Assembly (NCBI GenBank): GCA_963805855.1
Contig: CAWDVW010000005.1
Location: forward strand, 384,001-448,000
Length of the DNA stretch: 64,000 bases
Direction of reading: 5' to 3'
Source: Candidatus Dadabacteria bacterium
GTDB taxonomy: Bacteria; Desulfobacterota_D; UBA1144; Nemesobacterales; CSP1-2
Both the position numbers and the translations under genes were made by a program. Below the pieces are notes generated by a model. The model was given only the letters and a program-made list of their open reading frames with translations, was not told the DNA's origin and searched no databases. This document shows, piece after piece, positions 1 to 10,309 of the stretch; within the stretch, counting starts at the first letter, position 1, and each line of letters opens with the position of its first letter.

Positions 1-314
1 GCTCATATTGCAAAACTCGTAACGAATTCAACATGTTAAATCACACAGACGCTGTGAAGTTTCATCTTTCTTCGGCTAAATGTGTAAAAAATTGACAAAA
101 GGAATTGTTCATTTTCGAACAACATGGTGGGAGTGAGAAATGACTTTCGGGTTTTCAGAAATAACCTAAATGTGCTTCAGTACGAAATACGAATAATTTT
201 TTCGATATGACTTTAATTATCGGAGGGATCTCTTTTTCAATTCGTCATTCTTTTATAAAAGCTATCTGGGATCAATCTCGTCGCTCTGGTTTAGGAGCGA
301 CTTTCTTTTTAGCC

Positions 315-860
315 TTACTCGTTTAAGATTTTTAAATTAATCTTTGCAATTTTAGCCTCACCGGATTCTGGATATTTATCAATTATTGTCTGAAGAAAAT
401 ATCTGGCTTCCTTTTTTCTACCCAATTTAATTAATGAAATTCCTTGTTTCAAATATGAGTCTGGCGCCCTGTTATCTTTAGGATTAGCATCAATGAATTT
501 CTGGTAGGCGATTATTGCTTCCTCGTATTTTCTTTTATGGTAAAACGATTCAGCGGATGAATAAAGATCATCGGGTGACTTAGCCGTGGCGGGATCAGAA
601 GTTGAACTTTGTTTCTCTAACCTATCTAATTTTTTCTTGAGTGATGAATAATCTTTTGCGATGCTTGCGATATCTTGCTGCATCAGAGAAATCCGCTCGT
701 CTTTTTCAATCTTAATTTCCGCTAATTCGCTGGATAATTTCTCAACTTCAGCTTCTAGCCTATCTTGGCGTTTATTGATATTATTTATCAACAATGGATT
801 GGAAGCGCAGGCGGCAACTAAGGTAAGTATCAACAATACGGAAATGTCCTTTGTGCTCAT
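315..860 (-). CDS. cpoB: Tol-Pal-associated CpoB/YbgF-like lipoprotein (coiled coil + TPR)
   Basis: Lipobox LVAAC, N-terminal coiled coil, C-terminal TPRs (YEEAIIAYQKFIDANP...APDSYLKQG...IIDKYPES) typical of YbgF. Confidence 0.7.
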   Translation of the reverse strand: MSTKDISVLLILTLVAACASNPLLINNINKRQDRLEAEVEKLSSELAEIKIEKDERISLMQQDIASIAKDYSSLKKKLDRLEKQSSTSDPATAKSPDDLYSSAESFYHKRKYEEAIIAYQKFIDANPKDNRAPDSYLKQGISLIKLGRKKEARYFLQTIIDKYPESGEAKIAKINLKILNE

Positions 861-1029
861 TCTTTGATTTTAGTAGCAGTATTAATATAAACTTAAGTAA
901 ACAAGATTCACCTGATTGACTTCCAATTTAATCTTAAGCAAAACCTGAATCAGACGACTTAGTTTTTAATAATCATAATAAATGAAACTCTCTGCAGCAA
1001 GCTGCAGGGCATCGTGAATGAAATTGAAA

Positions 1030-1172
1030 GTCATTGCGAGAGAATTGAAAAGTCTCGAAGCAATCTCCGTCGAAATTGGCAGAGCATTTCGTAATACATC
1101 ACATAATAGGATTAATTAAGTAAATTGCTTCACCGAGCCTGCGCTGAGGAAAGTGAATGTGTTCGCAATGAC
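1030..1172. repeat. REP-like palindromic element
   Basis: GTCATTGCGA (1030) / TCGCAATGAC (1163) perfect inverted pair with inner GAAGCAAT / ATTGCTTC pair. Confidence 0.7.
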
Positions 1173-1557
1173 AGGCAGCGGGAAACCCTGTAGCACACTA
1201 CAGTGAATTCACTAGTTAAAATGAAATTAAAATGGAAATTTTGAAATCCGTTACAATTTCAACCCGTATCTTATCATTCAGACTTGCTTTAATCTAAGGA
1301 ATCTCCTCTCATTACACAAGATTTATGCTCGCCGAAACTATACCCACATAAATTATATTTGGTGAGAGTATTCCTCGTATTAAAAGCTTTGGATATTAGC
1401 TCCATCATTTAGATTATTAGAAGTAACTGGATGTAAATAAAATATGTGTTGTAGGGTCTGTTTCCTTGAATCGTGGTTCGACCAAGGAAGTTAACTTAAG
1501 TCTCCCGTGGGCTCAACTTACCCCGATTATATAAATAGACTTTATAACTTTTCAGCT

Positions 1558-2160
1558 TCACGAATAAATTTTATCTAGTTCTTTTGTAATTAGTAACTCA
1601 GAGTCTTTCCCCGCGCGGTCAATTATTAATAGCAAAGCCGATGCAATGTCTTCAGATTTGGTTTTGCCATGATTTATTGATTCGCTGATCTCATTAATCA
1701 TTTCAAACTTGGCCGATTGGATAATTCCTGAATCAAGCGGGGTCACTCTTCTCAGGAATTCTTCGAATGTTTCACCACCCAAAATTTTAAAATTTATCAA
1801 ACTTGCTCTTGTATCTTGAATAACTTCCTCTGAGATATTCTCTAATGTTAGACTAATTGAATTAATATCTTTGTTTTTAAGATGTTCATTGAAATCTGAA
1901 TTCAAGTACGACTGGATTCTTAAAATCATTTCCAATTTGATATTTTTCAAATACATCGTGGCAAGGGCTTTTGCTTGATCTTTTTGAATCGTGTTTCCAT
2001 TATCCAACAGAATGTTATCAAATTTGTTGCTGATTACTTCTAGATTTTTATTTATATCGGCATTGTAAAGCCATAAAGAGAACAATATAGCCAAAATTGT
2101 AGTAAAAAGATTGGTAAATATACCAGTATAAATTTGTGCATTATTAGATTCCTTGTTCAT
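1558..2160 (-). CDS. Hypothetical protein with N-terminal transmembrane helix
   Basis: 200-aa AT-rich ORF, one hydrophobic segment then helical soluble region; no family recognised. Confidence 0.6.
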   Translation of the reverse strand: MNKESNNAQIYTGIFTNLFTTILAILFSLWLYNADINKNLEVISNKFDNILLDNGNTIQKDQAKALATMYLKNIKLEMILRIQSYLNSDFNEHLKNKDINSISLTLENISEEVIQDTRASLINFKILGGETFEEFLRRVTPLDSGIIQSAKFEMINEISESINHGKTKSEDIASALLLIIDRAGKDSELLITKELDKIYS

Positions 2161-2259
2161 TTTTTCAGAACAGCATATTTAAATTTAGATTCTTAAACAA
2201 AGTTTAGAACGGAATACAAAACCAATCTTCACATGAAAAAAACATCTTTCAGTCACAGC

Positions 2260-2913
2260 TTATACATTTGGTATAGATAAAACCTCGATTTTTACGTCTT
2301 GAATGCCCCCATCAATTATCCCCAGCGACTTGGCAGCTGAATATGACAGGTCTATAATTCGATTTTTGATATATGGTCCTCTGTCATTTATCTTGACTAC
2401 GATATCTTTTCCATTTTGTAAATTTATAACCCTTACCTCAGATCCTAACGGCAAGCTTCTGTGCGCAGCTGTGTAACCATACATATCGTAAATATTACCG
2501 CTTGCTGTTTCTTTGCCATGAAATAATTTGCCATACCATGATGCGATCCCCTTCTGAAAGTAGCCTTTGCTAGACCTGAAAGGAATAAGCAGAAGCTCGT
2601 CAGTTTGAATCTCATCAGGGGAGTCGATGTTGTTAGCTTCCGCTATAACCTCCCATTCAACTCCAGAACCGAAAAATTTCTTTGAAATACCCGATAAGCT
2701 ATCGCCGTCTTTCACAATATAATCTCTCATTATTCCTTTTTTTGAATTTGATTTGGTAGCCTTGAGCACTTTTTGAGACCCATCTTCTCCATGCCTTGCG
2801 GATACTTTATTCTTGACATGCATTATTTGTAAAAATTCAATGGCAACAACTACACTGACACTGCAAAAAATAACGATTAAGGTCGAAAGTATTGTTAGAT
2901 CCAACTTCCTCAT
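2260..2913 (-). CDS. rlpA: RlpA-family lytic transglycosylase with LysM domain
   Basis: LysM (YIVKDGDSLSGIS...IAEANNI) plus RlpA DPBB motifs GIASWYG, TAAHRSLP, INDRGP, RIIDLS. Confidence 0.9.
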   Translation of the reverse strand: MRKLDLTILSTLIVIFCSVSVVVAIEFLQIMHVKNKVSARHGEDGSQKVLKATKSNSKKGIMRDYIVKDGDSLSGISKKFFGSGVEWEVIAEANNIDSPDEIQTDELLLIPFRSSKGYFQKGIASWYGKLFHGKETASGNIYDMYGYTAAHRSLPLGSEVRVINLQNGKDIVVKINDRGPYIKNRIIDLSYSAAKSLGIIDGGIQDVKIEVLSIPNV

Positions 2914-3109
2914 TTAAATCGATCTCCTCTCGGTTCAATCATTCACACTTTTGATAATTTATCCGTTGTGGGTCACCTCGAGGGTAATACCCACAACGGT
3001 ATCCGAGGAAGGATGGGTAGTCATTTCAAGAATCAAATGTGAATAGTGCGCAAAGAATTAAACCTCTCATGATTTGTCGCCTCTTATTTTGGGTTTTACC
3101 CTGTGCATC

Positions 3110-3125
3110 GCAAGATTCATGCCAA
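3110..3125 (-). promoter_or_regulatory. Sigma-54 (-24/-12) promoter for rlpA
   Basis: Minus strand TTGGCATGAATCTTGC = GG-N10-GC consensus. Confidence 0.7.
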
Positions 3126-3234
3126 CTAAGTCATTTATCAAAAATCCTTTGCAATTCAGGCTAGTTAGTATGAAAAGGAAATAGTCTTGGGGTCATGCTG
3201 AATTGTTGATTAGTAAGGTTTTGCACAATGACCA

Positions 3235-3252
3235 CTGTGTAATATGTAACAG
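3235..3252. promoter_or_regulatory. Putative enhancer-binding-protein site (UAS)
   Basis: CTGT-N10-ACAG about 110 bp upstream of the sigma-54 site; same pattern at 6931. Confidence 0.55.
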
Positions 3253-3290
3253 CCTCGTGAGTACTAACAACGCCATCGAAACCGCTCCTG

Positions 3291-3450
3291 TCATTCTTTT
3301 TTAACGGGAGACTGTACCTCATAACCCTTGTCCCTTAAGATATATCCGCCCGCCCCCCCCTGCCGCTGCACCTACTAGGAACCCACATCCGTAGCATAGT
3401 AAAATCGACAAGCATACCAAAAACGCTAAAAGTCTTTTTTTTAATGTCAT
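3291..3450 (-). CDS. Small glycine-zipper lipoprotein, apparently frameshifted in a G8 run
   Basis: GGAG RBS, MTLKKRLLAFLVCLSILLCYGC lipoprotein signal, GAAAGG; removing one G at 3353-3360 gives AGGAGGYILRDKGYEVQSPVKKE-stop. Confidence 0.55.
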
Positions 3451-3976
3451 TTTTTTCTCCATTTCCCGATATTTAATCGAATCCGGAGGCCAAGACCTCA
3501 AATCTGATACCCAGTTCATTAACCGGAGAGAAAATATGCAAAATTTGTTCCACATAAGTCTGGCGCCCCCTAACTTACTCTCTCAAGTTCAAAGTTCATT
3601 CCATATAACCTCCAGGTGCAAAAACCATTCCTAAACTTCCAATTACTACAATAATGTTGTATTTTCAGTGGGTTACAGGCGGAAAGATCGGAGACGAAGA
3701 AAGAATGATCTTCAATTGTTCAAAAATTATACATTAGATACTGTTAAATAATTAGGCCAATTATCTTTAATTAAATAGACTGAAGTTTCTGGGATGCACA
3801 GATTAAGGGCAGTAAATTTTAACCATCAAAAACCTTACTACGTTAGCACAGCTTAATATAATAGTCACAATTCCTAACCCTTCGTTAATATTTTAAAATT
3901 ATTACGTAAATATATTCGTTAAAACAGTTAAAATACTAAAAAGCCTTCGATTCTATTTAAAGGGGTCCCTAAACCT

Positions 3977-5251
3977 TTGAAGCTCAGCAAGCAGATTACT
4001 TTAGGATATGCATTGATGTTTTTTGTGATTATCCTAATAAGTGGTTTTTCCATCCACAGTATCTACAGGCTTGATAAAGCTGCTTCGAATTTAGAAGGAC
4101 GATATACAACTCTATATAAACTGATTTCGAAATCCAGCAATAAGGAATTAACCTCCGAAAATGAAAAGTTTGGAAGCGAAATGATCGATCAAGCCCTAAC
4201 CCTTATCGATCAGCAAGTCAAGCGTTCCTATACAAACATTTTCTTGGTAGTAGGAATCGCACTGTTGTTCAGCGGAGCAATAGCTGTGCTGTTTCCAATA
4301 AAAATCACAAGACCAATGTTAAGATTAGTAAATGCTACTAAATCCGTCGGTTCAGGAGATTATTCATATAGAGTAGAGAATCTTGGAGGCTCAAACGAAA
4401 TAGCTGAGCTGATTAGTTCATTTAATAAGATGCTTAAGAATATACAGGTTACTCACGAGTCCAACGTGAAACTCCTTGAACGAACAAAGCAATTCAACGA
4501 CGTTCTCGAAGAAAAAATTGAGGAAGCGACTAAAGATATAAAAGAAATGCAGAATGAACTCATAAAATCGGAGAGGTTAGCCACTATTGGAGAAGTTGCG
4601 GCAAAAATCGCCCACGAAATTAAAAATCCTCTATCCGGTATATCGATCGCACTTGAACTGATGAAAAACAAAACGCCAGACGATGATCAAAGACAAAAGG
4701 TTTCTGAGATTTTATCAGAGGTAGCACGATTGGACCGTATTATTAAAGACATGCTACAAATAGCGAAGCCTCCGGAATTATATCTTCGAACAATTTCACC
4801 AAACGAAATCGTGGAAAAGGCCATAGCCCTGGTTATCCCTAAGGCAGATGAAAGAAGGATTAAAATTGACAAAAATCTAAATTGTGGAGATTCTTTTTGC
4901 CTGGACCCTGAAAAGATAGAGCAAGTCCTCATAAATCTTTTATTAAATGGAATTGACGCAATCAACCCTAGTGGGGGAAAAATTACGGTTGAAACTGAAA
5001 CCCTGAAGAATGAACTATTCATAAAAGTCTCAGATTCTGGTTGTGGATTTCCCGAAGTAGAGATAGAAAAATTATTCCAACCCTTCTATTCAACTAAACG
5101 GACCGGGACCGGATTAGGACTTGCAATCTCTAAAAGAATTGTTGAGTCACATAGGGGCAGGATAATCGCCTCGAGTGAAGTAGGGAAGGGATCAATATTT
5201 ACAATTGTTATACCTAATAACTTAGAAGATGAATATGAAGCTACAAGCTAA
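3977..5251 (+). CDS. Sensor histidine kinase (2 TM, HAMP, HisKA, HATPase)
   Basis: H-box AHEIKNPL, N-box NLLLNGIDA, DSGCG, FYSTK, GTGLGL. Confidence 0.95.
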   Translation: MKLSKQITLGYALMFFVIILISGFSIHSIYRLDKAASNLEGRYTTLYKLISKSSNKELTSENEKFGSEMIDQALTLIDQQVKRSYTNIFLVVGIALLFSGAIAVLFPIKITRPMLRLVNATKSVGSGDYSYRVENLGGSNEIAELISSFNKMLKNIQVTHESNVKLLERTKQFNDVLEEKIEEATKDIKEMQNELIKSERLATIGEVAAKIAHEIKNPLSGISIALELMKNKTPDDDQRQKVSEILSEVARLDRIIKDMLQIAKPPELYLRTISPNEIVEKAIALVIPKADERRIKIDKNLNCGDSFCLDPEKIEQVLINLLLNGIDAINPSGGKITVETETLKNELFIKVSDSGCGFPEVEIEKLFQPFYSTKRTGTGLGLAISKRIVESHRGRIIASSEVGKGSIFTIVIPNNLEDEYEATS

Positions 5252-5333
5252 AACCCGGTGTAATAGAGACCGGAGGCAGCGTTTGAGAATCGATTATACA
5301 ACAAGTCTTTGATAGAGTATAGGCACTAAACAT

Positions 5334-6716
5334 ATGACGCGCAGGATATTAATAATTGATGACGAAGAATACTTATGCAAAAACTTAGAGGAAACCCTTG
5401 CCGAAGACGGTTACGAAGTATTTACCGCGCACACCGGGAATGATGGAATCGAAAAGGTTAAGCAGGAAATTCCTGATTTGATTTTGCTCGATCTAAAACT
5501 CCCTGATAAGGAAGGAATAGATGTCCTCAAAACTATTGATAGTCTCGATTATCTTCCCATAACTATAATGATGACCGCCCATGGAAATGTTGAAGCAGCC
5601 GTTCAGGCCATTAAAGTAGGTGCTTACGACTTTCTAGAAAAGCCATTTCCTATAGACAAGCTAAAGGTGATAGTAAGAAACGCGTTGAATGCAAAAGATC
5701 TCAGAAACAATCTCAATACCTCTTTAAAGGTAGAAAAGAGGAAATTCGGTTTCCAAAACCTTATTGGCAAGAGTCAAGCAATAAAAGAAATAATAAACCT
5801 GATAGAAAAATTAGTTGTTACCGATCCTAAAACTATACTTATTACCGGCGAAACCGGAACCGGCAAAGGACTTGTGGCAAAGTTACTACATTACAATGGA
5901 GTAAGGGCTGACAAACCATTTTTGGAATTAAACTGCGCATCAATACCCGAAACACTTCTGGAAAGTGAGCTATTTGGCCATGAAGCAGGCTCATTTACGG
6001 ATGCAAAGAAAATGAAAAAGGGTATTTTTGAAGAGGCGCACAGAGGGACAATATTCTTAGATGAAATTGGTGATATGAGTCAAACATTGCAGGCAAAACT
6101 CGTAAAAGTAGTCGAAGAAAGAACTTTTAGAAGGATCGGCGGCACCAGAGACATTACAGTTGACGTTAGAGTAATTGCAGCAACTAACAGGGATCTCAGA
6201 GAGCTTGTAAGACAGAATCTTTTCCGAGATGATTTATTTCATCGCTTAAACGTTATTAATTTTGAGATGCCGAGCCTTAGAAGGAGAAAAGAAGATATTC
6301 CTTTAATTGTCGAGTTCTTTCTTAATCATTTTAATTCCGAACTAAACAAAAACATCAAAATAATTTCTGATGAAACAATGCGGGCTTTAACCCATTACGG
6401 CTGGCCAGGCAATGTTCGTGAACTCAGGAGCACGATTGAAAGGGCGGTGATACTGAGTGAAGGGGACGAATTAAGCCCAAACTATACACAGCTTGAGGAG
6501 AATGACGGAGATAACGTCGTAAAAATTGAAAACGACGATCGAAAGATGTTTCTTGAAATTGATTTAGACAATGCGTCACTAACAGGAGTAGAGGATAAAA
6601 TAATTAAACGCGCCTTGGAAGTGAATCAGTGGAACCAAACTAAGACATCGGAAATGCTGGGAATTACACGGCATACACTGAGGAATAAAATGAAAAGGAT
6701 GGGTATGTTGGAATAA
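5334..6716 (+). CDS. Sigma-54-dependent response regulator (REC-AAA+-Fis HTH)
   Basis: REC LLDLKLP, Walker A GETGTGKG, ESELFGHEAGSFTDA, FLDEIG, WPGNVREL, C-terminal HTH. Confidence 0.95.
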   Translation: MTRRILIIDDEEYLCKNLEETLAEDGYEVFTAHTGNDGIEKVKQEIPDLILLDLKLPDKEGIDVLKTIDSLDYLPITIMMTAHGNVEAAVQAIKVGAYDFLEKPFPIDKLKVIVRNALNAKDLRNNLNTSLKVEKRKFGFQNLIGKSQAIKEIINLIEKLVVTDPKTILITGETGTGKGLVAKLLHYNGVRADKPFLELNCASIPETLLESELFGHEAGSFTDAKKMKKGIFEEAHRGTIFLDEIGDMSQTLQAKLVKVVEERTFRRIGGTRDITVDVRVIAATNRDLRELVRQNLFRDDLFHRLNVINFEMPSLRRRKEDIPLIVEFFLNHFNSELNKNIKIISDETMRALTHYGWPGNVRELRSTIERAVILSEGDELSPNYTQLEENDGDNVVKIENDDRKMFLEIDLDNASLTGVEDKIIKRALEVNQWNQTKTSEMLGITRHTLRNKMKRMGMLE

Positions 6717-6930
6717 CTAAATAGATCAAATTCTAACATAGTGGGGTACCATTACATCCAGTAAATTGAAGCCGACTAAAACTGCATTGATGATCTGACA
6801 AACTTCAAGTTACGAATGTTAAGCGAAAAATATTTTGAGCTTCCGCATTTCCCTGACATATCTCGCTTTACATAAACACTCTCAATAAATCTCTCAATCT
6901 ATTTCAGGCTTATTAAAATGGAAAACATAA

Positions 6931-6948
6931 CTGTGCAATTTTACACAG
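6931..6948. promoter_or_regulatory. Putative enhancer-binding-protein site (UAS)
   Basis: CTGTGCAATTTTACACAG (TGT-N10-ACA) about 105 bp upstream of the sigma-54 site. Confidence 0.55.
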
Positions 6949-7052
6949 AGCTGCAGTGAAATATTTAACAGTCAGAATACTTTTGACGTCGACATTAAGC
7001 TAACAGATTTATAACTCCCTTTGAATACTATTAATTTCCAAAGTTACTCTGC

Positions 7053-7067
7053 TGGCATGCATTTTGC
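7053..7067 (+). promoter_or_regulatory. Sigma-54 (-24/-12) promoter for the 7152-11886 cluster
   Basis: TGGCATGCATTTTGC = GG-N10-GC consensus. Confidence 0.75.
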
Positions 7068-7151
7068 CCGTACTACTCACTACTCATAAAAAAAAATTCA
7101 AAAAACGCAGGATCAGATAGATAACAAAAAACTGCAAGGGAGACAAAAACG

Positions 7152-7646
7152 GTGAAAAAATTAATTGCTATTTTCATATTTTTGATTTCTTTCATTTTGC
7201 TACCAATAAAATCAAAAGCAGATACTGATCTATTCCTGAACTTGGGTGTGGGACTAGGAGTTCCTGCCCCTGTTTTTGTTGCCCCTTCTCCATTTTACTA
7301 TGCTGTGCCTTCTGTTGCCCAGGCTTCGCTGGTATCTGAAATAAGCCCAAGTACATTTTTGAGTTTCAGCATAGGTGTGCCAGCACCGGTGTTTGTTGCT
7401 CCTGCTCCTGTTATAGTGAGCCCACTATACTATTCATATCCATCGACTGTGATAATAGAGCCAGCGCCCATCGTCATACATCCCCGTTATTACCATTCTC
7501 ACCCGCACGGAGGCCCCCCCGGACAACTAAAACGCCATTTTTTCTACGACTATCCCAGATATCAAGGATCCCGTATACATAATGGAAATAAGAATTACAA
7601 AGCGAGGAATAAACATAGGCACAAACATAAACGTAAGCATAAGTAA
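7152..7646 (+). CDS. Secreted Pro/Val-rich (PXPV-like) protein with His/Lys-rich tail
   Basis: Signal peptide, duplicated GVPAPVFVAP, GPPGQLK, C-terminal KHRHKHKRKHK. Confidence 0.7.
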   Translation: MKKLIAIFIFLISFILLPIKSKADTDLFLNLGVGLGVPAPVFVAPSPFYYAVPSVAQASLVSEISPSTFLSFSIGVPAPVFVAPAPVIVSPLYYSYPSTVIIEPAPIVIHPRYYHSHPHGGPPGQLKRHFFYDYPRYQGSRIHNGNKNYKARNKHRHKHKRKHK

Positions 7647-7694
7647 AATTTGCCGTATTGAATTAAATCAGGATTTCAAAGGAGGTATATCACT

Positions 7695-8762
7695 ATGACG
7701 ATCAAATTCAAATACTTTACTAAAATGAAACGATACGGAAAGTCACGCTTATTGTCTTGCATTACTATTTTGTCTTTCCTGATTATTATTATCTTAAATT
7801 CCGCTGGATGTTCCTCACCTGAAAAGAAAATGGAAGAGGCAAGGGAACATTACACAAAAGGTAGGAATTCCTACCTGCTTTTTACACCAAAGGGGCTGGA
7901 TGAAGCAATAGAACATTATGACAAGGCTATTGAGTTGGATGATAGAAACGCCCTCGCATATGCTGGACTTGGAGAGGCATATTCATTCCTGGGCTTGTGG
8001 AATGAACAGAACATTGCTGAAAAGGATAACCGGCTCTTCGAAAAGTCTTTAAGTTATAGCCAAAAGGCTTTGGAGCTTGATCAAGACTCTTCCGTATCTC
8101 ATCGCGCGCTTGCAGCAAGCTACAGGGGTTTGGGCAGGTTTGAAAATGCGAAAGAAGAGGCCCAAAAAGCCATAGCACTTAACCCGAATGATGCGGAGAC
8201 TTATTATATCCTCTGGACCGTATCCGGTGCGGATGCTGATTCCAAATATATAAGAAAGGCCCTTGAATTAAACCCGAATTTGAGCATCGCCTATAATGAC
8301 CTGGGATACATCCATTACACTAAGGGGAATTATGACAAAGCGATTGACAATCTCAATCGCGCCATTGAGCTGAACCCAGAATTAATACAATCGCATGTTA
8401 ATCTCGGCTTGACCTTGGCAGCTACGAAAAGATTTAAAGAGTCTGAGGAACAATTTAGAACCGCGATTAGGCTAAATCCAGATTATCTGCTAGGTCATTA
8501 TAATCTTGGAATTGTATTAGCCAGCCAGGGTGGCTATGACGAAGCCATAAGCGAATTTGAGAAGGCCATCGAGATCAATCCCGATTTTCCTGAGCCACAT
8601 ATAGCACTAGCATTCGCCTACGAAAGCAAAGGAGATAATAATGAAGCTGTCAAACAATACGATAAGTTCATTGGCCTGGCATCTACGGATAAAACTAAAT
8701 ATGAAAAAATCGTTGTTGAGGCCAAAAATAGGATCAAAAACATTAATAAGGATGATGGTTAA
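7695..8762 (+). CDS. TPR-repeat lipoprotein
   Basis: Lipobox SAGC, many TPRs (AIELNP, AIEINP); GGAGG RBS. Confidence 0.85.
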   Translation: MTIKFKYFTKMKRYGKSRLLSCITILSFLIIIILNSAGCSSPEKKMEEAREHYTKGRNSYLLFTPKGLDEAIEHYDKAIELDDRNALAYAGLGEAYSFLGLWNEQNIAEKDNRLFEKSLSYSQKALELDQDSSVSHRALAASYRGLGRFENAKEEAQKAIALNPNDAETYYILWTVSGADADSKYIRKALELNPNLSIAYNDLGYIHYTKGNYDKAIDNLNRAIELNPELIQSHVNLGLTLAATKRFKESEEQFRTAIRLNPDYLLGHYNLGIVLASQGGYDEAISEFEKAIEINPDFPEPHIALAFAYESKGDNNEAVKQYDKFIGLASTDKTKYEKIVVEAKNRIKNINKDDG

Positions 8763-8802
8763 ATTACGTGAAACTTAAATTAAATTATTTTGAAGGATTA
8801 AA

Positions 8803-9720
8803 ATGAAAAAATTGCGAAGCAGCATTTACTTTATAACATTCTTAATGCTCACTCTATCAATAGGTCTGTTAAGCTGTGATGGTGGTGATGGCGGTGGTGA
8901 TGGCAGTGGCGGTGGTGGCGGTCAACCGAGTGGACAAACCACAACGATAAGAGGAAACGTCGAAAGCGTAGTCGCTATGGCACCACAGAATAATAAGTCA
9001 TCCATGCTAGCAAAGATTAAAGACTTTTTCACGTTATCAAAAACAGCCAATGCCCAAGATAATCAAATAATTGTTACATTTGTAGTCGACGGGGAGGTTG
9101 TAGATGTGGTCACAGTTGAGCCTGATGGCGACTTCGAGGGTGTAGTACCTGTTTCGTTTTCCGGAAATAATGTAACCCTGGTTTTCGAGTCAGACGGAGA
9201 TGAGGAATCCGTGGTAATTTTTGTTCCTCCAGTCGACGCGGTTATAATACTGGTACTAGTCAATTTTCAAGAAGATGACATCGAAGTTGCGGATACGGAA
9301 TTTGAAGGCCCTCTACGCTGCGAAAATGCCACAATCTCTTTAGCCGCGGAGCAGGATGATGATATAGTAATTGATGGAAATGGGGGGCCTTGTGTCTTAG
9401 CCGGAAATTGCCACCTGTCGTTCGATGCAGAAAACGTCATATTTCAAGACTGCGGCGGTTGTTTTGATGCGCGTGGCAATTCGGTTCTGGAAGTGTCCGC
9501 AGTCGAGGATATAAGCTGTGATGCACCTAGTGAGTGCTTGATTGCTAGAGGTACTTCAAGCATAAACCTTTCGGCTGGCGATGAAATTGATCTTAGCTGC
9601 ATTGACGCGCGAGGCACCTCTGAGGTTATCCTTGATGCATTTTCATGTAACATAGGAGATATTGCTGCAGTTGGTAACGCCACTGTGGATACCAGCGCTT
9701 GCGACAATATTGCGTTTTAA
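8803..9720 (+). CDS. Acidic Cys-rich lipoprotein of unknown function
   Basis: Lipobox LLSC, Gly linker, beta-rich middle, repeated C-x-DARG(N/T)S-like motifs. Confidence 0.75.
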   Translation: MKKLRSSIYFITFLMLTLSIGLLSCDGGDGGGDGSGGGGGQPSGQTTTIRGNVESVVAMAPQNNKSSMLAKIKDFFTLSKTANAQDNQIIVTFVVDGEVVDVVTVEPDGDFEGVVPVSFSGNNVTLVFESDGDEESVVIFVPPVDAVIILVLVNFQEDDIEVADTEFEGPLRCENATISLAAEQDDDIVIDGNGGPCVLAGNCHLSFDAENVIFQDCGGCFDARGNSVLEVSAVEDISCDAPSECLIARGTSSINLSAGDEIDLSCIDARGTSEVILDAFSCNIGDIAAVGNATVDTSACDNIAF

Positions 9721-9810
9721 TGTTTTCGATAACTCAGAATCAGTTAAAGAAGACAGGATATTCCGATAAAGATACCAAGTCTTAACGTAACTCAAAAGGA
9801 GGCATGGATC

Positions 9811-10212
9811 ATGTCAATCAGAAATAGAGTCTATAAAACTTCTATAATTATTATCATTCTGTCGAGTTTCATTCCTGCTACCCTGATTTCAAAGAGTGCA
9901 GAGGGAGCAATTGTTAATTCAAAGATATTGTCGTCAGGTAACGGTAACACAGAATCAAGAGAAGTTAATCTGACTAAAATTCGAAAAATGCTTGAGAATA
10001 AGCTGGTTGCCGAAAAATTGAGAAGTCACGGGCTTTCAACTGAAGAAGTAAATAAAAAATTAGACAAAATGGGCGATGCACAGATTCATCAGCTGGCCGC
10101 ACTATCAGATAAAATAACCGCGGGAGGGGATGGCGGTGTAGCTATAGCTATTGTAGCATTAGTGATAGTCGTCATTTTTATCTTAGTACTTATAGTAATG
10201 AAGAGAATTTGA
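9811..10212 (+). CDS. PA2779-like protein (paralog 1)
   Basis: Signal peptide, KLRSHGLSTEEV..KL..M.D.QIHQLA core, TAGGDGG then TM helix and KRI. Confidence 0.75.
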   Translation: MSIRNRVYKTSIIIIILSSFIPATLISKSAEGAIVNSKILSSGNGNTESREVNLTKIRKMLENKLVAEKLRSHGLSTEEVNKKLDKMGDAQIHQLAALSDKITAGGDGGVAIAIVALVIVVIFILVLIVMKRI

Positions 10213-10309
10213 TCGCATCGCTAGGAGTCTTGTGAATCCTAAAAGTACTAAATGCCGGATCGGTTAATCTGCCAAATTAAGGTTAACATCGGAGAGGAAA
10301 TAAGCGACG

